Source of the DNA: an uncultured bacterium
GTDB lineage: Bacteria > Planctomycetota > Phycisphaerae > Sedimentisphaerales > Anaerohalosphaeraceae
DNA length: 24,000 bases
Reading direction: 5' to 3'
Assembly (NCBI GenBank): GCA_965369235.1
Contig: CBDUPZ010000026.1
Span: 2,371-26,370, forward strand
Made by a program: the position numbers and the translations under genes. Positions within the stretch are counted from its first letter, which is position 1; every line of letters starts with the position of its first letter. The notes under the pieces are model-generated. The model worked only from the letters and a program-made list of their open reading frames with translations. It was not told the DNA's origin and ran no database searches. Positions 1 through 7,416 of this stretch are shown here, one piece after another.

Positions 1-1344
1 GGCGGAGTGCATCCTCGGCAGAACAAACATTTCAGCGCCGACGGCACAATTCAACAGGTGCCGAATCCCAAGCAGGTGGCGGTACTTCTGAGCCAGCACA
101 TCGGTGCCGGGTGCAAACCGCAGGTTTCTAAAAAGGACAAGGTCAAGGCCGGACAAGTGGTCGGCGACACGAACGCTTTTGTATCGGCGCCGGTGCATTC
201 ACCTGTAAACGGGACGGTAAAGGATATCGCGCTGCAATCGCATCCTGTGATGGGCAGGGCGATGGCGGTGATAATAGATACCGACCCGGCGGATGTAACT
301 GAAAAGAGGCCTTGCGCTGCGCAATTCGGCGCCGATTTTGACGAGAGCGCCTATTCAGCCGAGCAGATATGCGACGCCGTCCGCCAGGCCGGTATCGTCG
401 GCATGGGAGGAGCGGGCTTTCCGACGCGGGTCAAGATTGAGCCGAACCCGAGACTGCCCAAACACACGCTGATAATCAACGGCTGTGAATGCGAGCCGTT
501 TATAACGTGCGATTATCGAATCATGTTGGAATGGACGTATCAAATCATTGCGGGGGTAAAACTTGCCTGCAAAGCAGCCGGTTGCTCGACGGTCATCATT
601 GGCATTGAAGACAATAAACCCACCGCAATTGAAGCGATGCGAGCGGCACTGGCAGACAGCACCGACAGCGAACATATCGAGGTCGTACCTGTCAAAACGA
701 AGTATCCGCAGGGCGGTGAAAGGCAATTGGTAAATTCGCTGCTTAAAAAGTTCGTGCCGACCGGCGGGATTCCACCGATGATAGGAATCTGTGTCCTCAA
801 CGTGGCCACCTGTGCGGCGATTGCAGAGGCTGTTGTCACCGGAGCTCCGCTAACACATCGAGTGGTAACGGTAACCGGCTGCGCTATTACGAAGCCGGGT
901 AATTATTATGTGCCGGTCGGGATGCAGGTGGCGGACATTATTGCCCAGGCCGGCGGATTAACTGAAAAAGCCGCCAAGGTGATATTAGGCGGGCCGATGA
1001 TGGGCCTTGCGATAGCGGATTTAGAGACGCCGATTACAAAGGCATCCGGCGCTGTAACAATCCTGACGAAAGAAGCTATTTACCGGGCAAAATATGAAAA
1101 ACGCCAAACACCGTGCATCAGGTGTGGCCGATGTCTGGACGTCTGCCCGGAGAACCTTAATCCCACAAAGATTGCACACGCGGTAAAGAATAACCTCCTG
1201 GACGTTGCACAACAGTATTACATGAGCGCCTGCATAGAGTGCGGCTGCTGCAGCTATGTCTGCCCCGCCAATATCGAGTTGACCGGCTACATAAAAACCG
1301 GCAAACTCCTCACCGCCCGCGCAAAAGAAAAAGTCCCGGTATAG
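1..1344 (+). CDS. rnfC: Rnf electron-transport complex subunit C (RnfC/RsxC), 5'-truncated by the window edge
   Basis: Frame 1 is open from nt 1 and starts GGVHP, the conserved RnfC N-terminal motif. It also has the GMGGAGFPT motif, an IGIEDNKP block and two ferredoxin-type clusters (CIRCGRCLDVCP, CIECGCCSYVCP). Stop TAG at 1342-1344. Confidence 0.88.
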   Translation, partial: GGVHPRQNKHFSADGTIQQVPNPKQVAVLLSQHIGAGCKPQVSKKDKVKAGQVVGDTNAFVSAPVHSPVNGTVKDIALQSHPVMGRAMAVIIDTDPADVTEKRPCAAQFGADFDESAYSAEQICDAVRQAGIVGMGGAGFPTRVKIEPNPRLPKHTLIINGCECEPFITCDYRIMLEWTYQIIAGVKLACKAAGCSTVIIGIEDNKPTAIEAMRAALADSTDSEHIEVVPVKTKYPQGGERQLVNSLLKKFVPTGGIPPMIGICVLNVATCAAIAEAVVTGAPLTHRVVTVTGCAITKPGNYYVPVGMQVADIIAQAGGLTEKAAKVILGGPMMGLAIADLETPITKASGAVTILTKEAIYRAKYEKRQTPCIRCGRCLDVCPENLNPTKIAHAVKNNLLDVAQQYYMSACIECGCCSYVCPANIELTGYIKTGKLLTARAKEKVPV

Positions 1345-1600
1345 AACAGAGGACGGACGACGGGTGCCACCCTTTTCTCCGAAAAGGGCGCTGCCTACGA
1401 AAGGGACGGCAAAAAATTCTTCCCAAAGCGGGGCACTGTCACCCCGGACTTGATCCGGGGTCCAGTTTTGATCATTTGAAATTGGGTATTTGTATTTGTT
1501 TAGAATTTAGGGCTTAGTGCTTAGAATTTGTATCCCGCCGGATAAAGTTGTGCAAACAAAATAAAATTTGTTAGATTAGTGCTTCTAAAAGGCGTTTGAT
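1345..1600. repeat. Mosaic of short degenerate intergenic repeat modules
   Basis: Hairpin cccttttc-tcc-gaaaaggg (1370-1388). Module gtcaccccggacttgatccggggtcc with hairpin ccccgga/tccgggg (1442-1460). Low-complexity ttagaatttag/gtatttgtatttg units (about 1477-1535). Related modules recur in the other long spacers. Confidence 0.7.
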
Positions 1601-1692
1601 TGAGTTATCGTCATAAGAAATTGGAGAATCCAAGAGACCGTCTGCGTTTCTCGTTTTATACAGACTGTATAATCATTGTTGGGAGTAAAAGA

Positions 1693-2502
1693 ATGAAGAA
1701 AACGTTTATCGTATCATGTGTATTGTTGGGCATTGTGGCAACAGTTTTTGGTATAGAAAAAGGGACATCAAATATACCAATGGCGAAAGAGATTCCAGAT
1801 GGCGAAACCATCGAAATTAAAACGCTTGACCTTGATGGTTTCCGGTATATTAAAGAACTGCATAAGGATGTCAAAGTTCATGTGTTTTGGAACAATGGTG
1901 TTTATGGCAAAGGCTTGATGCTCTCTTTCTTTGGGGAACTAAACTCGAAGGTACATAATGTGAAAAATATAATAGCAAAAAAGGTCATTCTTGAAGACGG
2001 CACACAACTTACTCGCGAACAAATCAGAGAACATCGTGATTCAATTATGCTTGGAAACGACCACAAAAGTCTCGGCTTTCGAGTCGATCTTGACACACCC
2101 GGGATAACTAATATTAAGCATATTTCCGGCGAATTTGAGGTTGTAAAAGCTGTGGGATTTATTGAAGTTACAAGTAACCTCCTTGAAGATAAATCCGATA
2201 GCAAAGAGAACAAGATAGGAATTAATATTAACATAGCCTCTAATTGGATGGGGGGGCGTTATTATGTTCTTATTATTGAAAATGCTGAAAATATTTTGGA
2301 ATTAACAGTACTTGATGAAAACGGCAATGAGTTAAAACAAACCGACCCTTTCAGTATTTTTGGTGTGAAGCATGATCATGTCAAAATATATGTTGATAAG
2401 AAGAAAGGGGGCCCTTTTGCCATTAAATTAAAAAGAGCAGAAAGACTTCAGGTACAGCCAATACCTTTTGTTCTTGAAAATATCAATTTAATGACTTACT
2501 GA
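1693..2502 (+). CDS. Hypothetical secreted protein, AT-rich gene
   Basis: ATG at 1693 is preceded by GGGAG (1681-1685) and an extended -10 TGTATAAT (1665-1672). The N-terminus MKKTFIVSCVLLGIVATVFG looks like a signal peptide. I recognise no family motif. The track's TTG start at 1600 is less likely. Confidence 0.6.
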   Translation: MKKTFIVSCVLLGIVATVFGIEKGTSNIPMAKEIPDGETIEIKTLDLDGFRYIKELHKDVKVHVFWNNGVYGKGLMLSFFGELNSKVHNVKNIIAKKVILEDGTQLTREQIREHRDSIMLGNDHKSLGFRVDLDTPGITNIKHISGEFEVVKAVGFIEVTSNLLEDKSDSKENKIGININIASNWMGGRYYVLIIENAENILELTVLDENGNELKQTDPFSIFGVKHDHVKIYVDKKKGGPFAIKLKRAERLQVQPIPFVLENINLMTY

Positions 2503-2540
2503 CATCCATTGCTATCAGAGTCCGAATAAAAGGAATCATC

Positions 2541-2966
2541 ATGAAGAGAATATTGAAGGTGCTGTCGTTTGTCGTAATAGGGTGCATTGTCGGTTTTGTT
2601 CTGGGCAGCCTCAATTCGTTCTGGGCGATATCTTTTTTCACCAGCAGCGCATTGACCGAGATGGCTATCGATGTCCAACAGCTTCAGCAGGGACACGGCG
2701 ATGCGGTTTTGGAACGAAAAAGGGACGCCCTGCCGGTCCTTGTTCAACAGCTTGAGGCGGTTCATCGCAAGTTCCTCTCCCAAGAACAATGGAACAGCGC
2801 ACTCTGGGCCGTCTCGCGTTGTTATGAAGACACCGAATCCGGCCCTCCCGCATCAATTAAACACCTGCTCGATACGTTGCCGCCCCGGCCTCTATCAAGT
2901 TGTGAAATAAGGCGGAGAGCATCCGAAGCCAACGAAACGGAAGAAATCGATAGTACGCGAATTTAG
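2541..2966 (+). CDS. Hypothetical N-terminally membrane-anchored protein (141 aa)
   Basis: ATG follows AAAGGA. A hydrophobic helix (VLSFVVIGCIVGFVLGSL) is followed by a helical, charged C-terminal part. No recognisable motif. Confidence 0.5.
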   Translation: MKRILKVLSFVVIGCIVGFVLGSLNSFWAISFFTSSALTEMAIDVQQLQQGHGDAVLERKRDALPVLVQQLEAVHRKFLSQEQWNSALWAVSRCYEDTESGPPASIKHLLDTLPPRPLSSCEIRRRASEANETEEIDSTRI

Positions 2967-3114
2967 AAAGATAATACCAGCGGGCAGTTGTAGATGCGAG
3001 GGGATTGGGGGGTGAATGTTTTTTTGCATTTGCATTATCTTTTGACCCGATTGCCCATCCCGGCCGTATTAGAATATAGATAAAGCAAATAGCATTTTTA
3101 CCGGGGGTAGTGTC

Positions 3115-3468
3115 ATGAGGACAATAGGCAAAATTCTTCCGGATTTTACCAGGCAGGTAAGCGACAAACTTCGCGAATACGGCCGTGAGTACCTTGCCGT
3201 GCAGATACCGACTTTGGAGTTGGATCACTGGACCAACGACAGCCGGACGGGCGCGGTTTATATTTATCTGTCCGGCCAGAGACCTCTGAACGGCACGGAA
3301 GAGGACATCATAGGAGCAAGACACGATGATTGCCTCGAATTGGCGGACCTCGGCGGGACCGTTCTTGTTGATATCGACAATTTCGACAGATTGTTGGGTA
3401 TTGAGATTGTGGGCAGAAAAGACGTCCCACAACAGCTCAAAAAGGTCCGCCCGCCCAGCCCATTTTAA
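3115..3468 (+). CDS. DUF2283-like small protein
   Basis: AVYIYLSG ... VLVDIDNFDRLLGIEIVG matches the DUF2283 pattern as I remember it (aLYIrLs ... vilDyDenG.ivGIEIl). It carries an extra N-terminal extension of about 45 aa. Confidence 0.5.
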   Translation: MRTIGKILPDFTRQVSDKLREYGREYLAVQIPTLELDHWTNDSRTGAVYIYLSGQRPLNGTEEDIIGARHDDCLELADLGGTVLVDIDNFDRLLGIEIVGRKDVPQQLKKVRPPSPF

Positions 3469-3680
3469 CAAGTTCGCATAAATCCGGGTTTGAAATTGGC
3501 CATGCGATAGTCATTGTTGACAATACCGTAACCGCTGGCAGGATTCGTATCGCTGGAGATAGTCACAAACTCGATTGTAAACTGGTTATCCCCCGTACCA
3601 AAGATTTCAGCCGCACAAGGCGCAGCAATTATGCACACCCCCAAGAGAACCAGCCAAAGAATTGACCCTCTCTCCATCAT
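3465..3680 (-). CDS. Small secreted peptide (71 aa), possibly an N-terminal remnant of a larger exported protein
   Basis: Signal-peptide-like MMERGSILWLVLLGVCIIAAPCAA. The mature part FGTGDNQFTIEFVTISSDTNPASGYGIVNNDYRMA resembles the N-terminal segment seen ahead of FGE/SUMF1-type domains, but the ORF ends soon after. A consensus promoter lies upstream. The 3' end overlaps the convergent gene by 4 nt. Confidence 0.4.
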   Translation of the reverse strand: MMERGSILWLVLLGVCIIAAPCAAEIFGTGDNQFTIEFVTISSDTNPASGYGIVNNDYRMANFKPGFMRTC

Positions 3681-3724
3681 CCTGCCATCACTCCTCCACG
3701 AATGATTATCAATTTACAGGTATA

Positions 3725-3752
3725 ATTATATCAGATAATCTGGTGTTGTCAA
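3725..3752 (-). promoter_or_regulatory. Sigma-70-type promoter for the 71-aa peptide gene
   Basis: On the minus strand: TTGACA (3752-3747), a 16-nt spacer, then TATAAT (3730-3725). Both hexamers are perfect consensus. A GGAGGAG element lies downstream, ahead of the ATG. Confidence 0.5.
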
Positions 3753-3779
3753 GCCTTTTGGGGAGAAATAGCTAAATAT

Positions 3780-3929
3780 ATTGCCAAACGCCCCTTTTGC
3801 CGGAAAAAAACAGGATTTTAGATTCTTTCCCGGCGTGACGAGAGGTTACAATTTTAGATTGTAGATTTTATATTTTATATTGGATTGAGATTCTTCGCTG
3901 CGCTCAGGATGACGACGGCGACTGTGGCT
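3780..3929. repeat. Mosaic intergenic repeat block
   Basis: tttagattgtagattttatattttatattgg low-complexity units, plus the 27-nt module at 3887-3913. Confidence 0.65.
3887..3913 (-). repeat. 27-nt module gtcatcctgagcgcagcgaagaatctc (copy 1)
   Basis: The reverse complement of 3887-3913 matches 21564-21590 at 23 of 27 positions. The first 12 nt also recur at 8466-8477. Confidence 0.85.
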
Positions 3930-5069
3930 TTATTCAAATCGCTCTAAAATGGCATTTTTTATTTCATCTTCCCTTGGAGTGGTGCGTGTTTTTGAACAAT
4001 CGAGCCACACCCCGGCCGGCTTTGAGCGATAGAGGTGCCAGGCCAGAAGCGATAAGTGCTCTGCCGGTTCCTTCGGATCGATTAAGCCGCCCGGCACAGA
4101 TAATTTTGCAGTGAACGATTTATAAAACTTGTCAAACTCGTCGAGCCTGAAATCGCCCAATTCTGTAACCAATCCCGCTCTAATTAAAAATCCGGCGTAG
4201 GTCCGGGTCTTTTTTCTTTTTCCTTCGGTGGCGATTTTGGCCGAGCGGTCGATGTGCAGGATGGTAAGGGCCGACAGTCGCATCGTCCATCTATAATCAT
4301 CACAAGTCAGCCCTTTTAGCCGCTCCAAACGTTTTTTAAGGGACTGGGCCTGTTCGAAGAGCCTCTGGTGAGCCGCTTTCTCCATTTTCTCTTTCAGCTT
4401 TGCCGTTTGTTTCTCGATGTCCCCTGCCGCTGCGCATATCGCATCGGTGATTTGACTAATATAAACATCGCGCTTCATTTTCCCCACACACGGAGCACAG
4501 CAGGTTGCCATCTGCAGATACGGGCAGGTTGCAAAATCCCGGCCGCTCGCCAAAAGGCGCGGCCGTTGACACAGGCAAAATACATCCTGAAGGATTTGTA
4601 TGAACTCGGCCGCTGCTTTTCGTGAAGGAAACAGACCGAACACGTTTTCTCCGGCCAGGTCGGACGGTTTATCAGTAAGTGAAAAGAAGGGCCATTTAGC
4701 AGCCGGGTCTATTTTTACGTATGTTTGTCTGGGCAGAGTGAGATGTTCGTTGTAAGTGTCCGGGTAAAGGACTTTTGCGATTCGGTAATGGGCGAGCGAG
4801 CTTGCGAAGTCGTTGTAAGAGCTGCGATAATAGATTCTCCGGACGATACGCGAAATGTCTGCGCGTTTTTTAACTGCTGCCGGCTCTTTAGTGAACAGCC
4901 GGTGCGCAGCGGTGCGTCTGATATTGGCGCAGATTAATAGTTGAATCGGCATATCGTTTTCATCGGCGAAGAGGATAACGCCTTTGCAGGGGGGAAGTGG
5001 TTTGAGAATTTCGGCGGTTTGGGCGACCGGGTCAATCGCCAAACTGTCGTCGAACAGTTCCTCGAGCAT
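3930..5069 (-). CDS. Cho/UvrC-N-terminal-like protein: degenerate GIY-YIG region, Cys-rich segment and UVR-like helix, with no C-terminal endonuclease or HhH part
   Basis: GVILFADENDMPIQLLICANIRRTAAHRL aligns by eye to GVY..(n)..YIGKs.Nlr.R in UvrC/Cho. FGLFPSRKAAAEFIQILQDVF matches FGPFP..... CPYLQMATCCAPCVGK matches the RPCL.yqigrC.gPC block. LFEQAQSLKKRLERL matches the UVR FEeAa.lRD motif. Confidence 0.65.
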   Translation of the reverse strand: MLEELFDDSLAIDPVAQTAEILKPLPPCKGVILFADENDMPIQLLICANIRRTAAHRLFTKEPAAVKKRADISRIVRRIYYRSSYNDFASSLAHYRIAKVLYPDTYNEHLTLPRQTYVKIDPAAKWPFFSLTDKPSDLAGENVFGLFPSRKAAAEFIQILQDVFCLCQRPRLLASGRDFATCPYLQMATCCAPCVGKMKRDVYISQITDAICAAAGDIEKQTAKLKEKMEKAAHQRLFEQAQSLKKRLERLKGLTCDDYRWTMRLSALTILHIDRSAKIATEGKRKKTRTYAGFLIRAGLVTELGDFRLDEFDKFYKSFTAKLSVPGGLIDPKEPAEHLSLLAWHLYRSKPAGVWLDCSKTRTTPREDEIKNAILERFE

Positions 5070-5076
5070 CGCGGTG

Positions 5077-5550
5077 TCAGACTTTCATGCCGGTGATGGT
5101 TGTGTCAAAAGCCAATTTGTCGTTGACCATGCCCTGGGCGTCGGCGCTGAACTGCCTGCTCCTGACTTTTGAAATGTGGGCTAAGAGATACAACCTGTCG
5201 CCCGGCACAACGGTCTCGCGGAATTTTGTCTTATCTATTCCGGAAAATCCGATGAATCCTTTTAGGCCGTAGATTCTTTTCATAAAGAAGCTGGCGACCT
5301 GGGCGGCTGCTTCAACCATTATCACGGCCGGCATAATCGGTCGGCCGGGAATATGGCCGCGAACCCAGAATTCATTTTCTGTTACATCTTTATAGCCCAA
5401 TATCAACAGCTTCGGCTGGTCATACCAGATGATACCGTCGAGCTGGGCCATCTCGTGGGACTGGGGATTGACCTCGGCAATAGCCGAGCGGTCGAACACG
5501 GTCTTTGCCAAGTCGATTTTGGACAGGTCAAACAATAAAGGCTTTGCCAT
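5077..5550 (-). CDS. FabZ/FabA-like hotdog-fold 3-hydroxyacyl-ACP dehydratase family protein
   Basis: FWVRGHIPGRPIMPAVIMVEAAAQ retains the FabZ His (GH.P) and Glu (EA.AQ). ATG at 5550 follows GAGGT. The track's longer start at 5619 only adds a non-conserved extension. The stop lies 7 nt before the next gene's start. Confidence 0.75.
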   Translation of the reverse strand: MAKPLLFDLSKIDLAKTVFDRSAIAEVNPQSHEMAQLDGIIWYDQPKLLILGYKDVTENEFWVRGHIPGRPIMPAVIMVEAAAQVASFFMKRIYGLKGFIGFSGIDKTKFRETVVPGDRLYLLAHISKVRSRQFSADAQGMVNDKLAFDTTITGMKV

Positions 5551-5670
5551 CAGATACCTCGATATAGGAATCGACTGGTATAAACAAACCAACAGACTTG
5601 GCGCAAGCGCAACTTGCACCAGTTCGCAGGCCTGATGTATTCAACACAACAGTCGGTCGGTTTGGGCAAT

Positions 5671-5844
5671 CTACTCTGTAGATCGAATCTCAAGAATGCG
5701 GCTTCTGACAGACTGAGCGGCCTGCTTGATTGCCTGCATTTGCTTGCGGACCCTGGTCCCTGCCGCCTTATTGCCTCCTTCGGCCTTGTTGATATCGGCT
5801 TCGGTCTCGGCAATCAGTGTTTTTAAGTTTTCATATTCCTGCAT
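5671..5844 (-). CDS. Histone H1/Hc1-like small basic DNA-binding protein (57 aa)
   Basis: Absent from the ORF track because it is under 60 aa. My own translation is MQEYENLKTLIAETEADINKAEGGNKAAGTRVRKQMQAIKQAAQSVRSRILEIRSTE. It contains the GNKAAGTR.RK signature of bacterial histone-H1-like proteins. GGAGG lies 8 nt upstream of the ATG and the stop TAG is at 5673-5671. Confidence 0.7.
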   Translation of the reverse strand: MQEYENLKTLIAETEADINKAEGGNKAAGTRVRKQMQAIKQAAQSVRSRILEIRSTE

Positions 5845-5865
5845 TAAAGTATGCCTCCATAATAT

Positions 5866-6345
5866 CTACGTCCCAAACAATTTTTTTGCCAGTTCAGCGA
5901 TTCTCTGGCCCTTTCTTTTGCACTGGCTGATGACCCTGTCATCGGGTTTTCCGATTGAGACAGGGCCATAATGGTCGCCCTGGGGGTCTCCCTGGACTAT
6001 CATTCCGTGAATAAGCATCATATTGATAATGCCTACGACAGTGGTTTCGTTACCACCGCCGATATTGGCGGAACTGGTGAAAGCGGCGCCAATTTTGCCG
6101 TCGAGCTTGCCGTGCTTGGCGACCGAATCGTCAAATAACTGTGCAACAGGTGCCGCCATGCGTCCGTAATAGGTTGGTGAGCCGACGACGATGACGTCGG
6201 ATGCGAGCAGAGCATCTACTTTGGTATCAATTACGCTTGTGCACTTTGTGGCAAGGCCGGCGGCCGTCATGGCCTCGGCTATTGTCTCGGCCATCTGCTT
6301 TGTGTTGCCGCTTCTTGAATAATAGATAACCAGTCCTGTCGCCAT
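5866..6345 (-). CDS. Flavodoxin-like fold protein (WrbA / NAD(P)H:quinone oxidoreductase-type)
   Basis: N-terminal VIYYSRSGNTKQMAE FMN-phosphate loop, followed by VVGSPTYYG and a GGGNETT segment. Confidence 0.8.
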   Translation of the reverse strand: MATGLVIYYSRSGNTKQMAETIAEAMTAAGLATKCTSVIDTKVDALLASDVIVVGSPTYYGRMAAPVAQLFDDSVAKHGKLDGKIGAAFTSSANIGGGNETTVVGIINMMLIHGMIVQGDPQGDHYGPVSIGKPDDRVISQCKRKGQRIAELAKKLFGT

Positions 6346-6364
6346 TCTTGGCCTCTTCCAAATT

Positions 6365-7186
6365 CTACTTCCTGTTCAAAGGTGCTATATTCTGGCTGAA
6401 ATGTTTCGGGGTTTCAAGCTTAAAAACGGCATTTTTTATTTTTTTATTGACCTTGGATTCCAGTAGTTGAATGTCGTAAATGTCGCCTTCTGTGGATTCT
6501 GCGGCTATTTTGGCGGGGAGAAAAGTAGCGGTATCGAGCCAAAAACTAATGCCTGAGTAGTCATTTTTGTAGGTGGAATCCCTGGTGGGGGTGAGCCTTA
6601 AGCCCTTGAAATTGCCGGACTTAGCTTCTTTTGATGGAATGAGGGTTATATCGAAATCTTTGCGGAGACCGGCCGTGTTCGTGAAGCCGAGGAGAGGGAA
6701 TCGATGGCTTATGAATTCGAAGACGTCGATGGGTTGTTCCTCGGGGGCCTGCTGAAAAAAATCTGCTTTTTCAAGCTGAAAATCTATTTTTACCAGCCAG
6801 ACGCCGTCGAAAATATAGTGTTCGATGTGATTTTCCTCGTCGCCGTCGTCCTGCTTGAGGGTGTTGAAAGTAACTCGAAGTTTCGAGCCGGAGGCGTCCT
6901 TTTTGTAGAAAAGCTCACCTTTCCTTAATGTCTGGGAATCAAGGAACTCTGGGTCCTGGATGAAAAGGTACCGGATTTTGGCCTGGTAGGTTTTGAGTCG
7001 GGCGGCGCTTTGGTTGAGGCGAGAGAGTATATTGTCAACCTTATTGGGGTCGGATCGTGATGCGTCGTGCGTATTGCGTATTGTGTGAGGGGGGCATGAA
7101 GATTTATCAGGCTTGCAAGTAGCGGCACAGGCGCAGGGATATGCCGTAAAAAATATCAGTGCGGAGGTTATCAGTATTCGTTTCAT
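6365..7186 (-). CDS. LolA-like / outer-membrane lipoprotein-sorting-like exported protein
   Basis: Signal peptide MKRILITSALIFFTAYPCAC. The overall pattern (L..L......L.tyqA.i.y ... G.l.ykk......v.f ..... F.f..P..f) resembles the LolA fold family as I recall it. The start could instead be 7204. Confidence 0.5.
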   Translation of the reverse strand: MKRILITSALIFFTAYPCACAATCKPDKSSCPPHTIRNTHDASRSDPNKVDNILSRLNQSAARLKTYQAKIRYLFIQDPEFLDSQTLRKGELFYKKDASGSKLRVTFNTLKQDDGDEENHIEHYIFDGVWLVKIDFQLEKADFFQQAPEEQPIDVFEFISHRFPLLGFTNTAGLRKDFDITLIPSKEAKSGNFKGLRLTPTRDSTYKNDYSGISFWLDTATFLPAKIAAESTEGDIYDIQLLESKVNKKIKNAVFKLETPKHFSQNIAPLNRK

Positions 7187-7204
7187 GTCGTTATGGCCTT
7201 TCAT

Positions 7205-7416
7205 TAGTTAGCCATAGCATAAGCCTGCAGAAGGGATTTTGTCAATAGTAAAACCACCGAGAGCACAGGGACACAGAAAGGGTTCTTAACAGCGGATTCC
7301 TACTTCGCACAAGGCTACGCAGGATAAGCAACACAGATTTTGGTGTTGGCTACACCGGTAGTTGTTTATGCCGGTTTGTAAGCAATCTGTTCGCCGGGAA
7401 TGTCTTTTACGGTAAG
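7205..7416. repeat. Mosaic intergenic repeat block
   Basis: ccaccgagagcacagggacacagaaaggg (7254-7283) is related to 21238-21269. acagcggattcctacttcgcacaaggctacgcagg-type modules follow it. Confidence 0.6.

Noticed and set aside
1600-1692. TTG-initiated N-terminal extension of the secreted protein
   Set aside because: The extension precedes a textbook signal peptide that begins at the ATG at 1693, which has its own SD and extended -10. The extension would bury the signal peptide.
2250-2256. G7 homopolymer tracts as phase-variation switches (also at 23065-23071 in the KAP gene)
   Set aside because: Both are simply Gly-Gly(-Gly) codons (WMGGR, SRGGGF). Seven residues is short for slipped-strand switching, and I have no evidence of length variation.
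2857-3471. 204-aa minus-strand ORF
   Set aside because: It is antisense to the DUF2283-like gene and to the 3' end of the 141-aa gene. It has no recognisable motif and an odd composition (WYYLSKFAYYRF...), so it is probably a shadow ORF.
5550-5826. Track ORFs 5550-5813 (-) and 5614-5826 (+)
   Set aside because: Neither has a motif or ribosome-binding site, and both overlap the much better supported 57-aa H1-like gene (5671-5844, minus strand). I treat them as frame artefacts.
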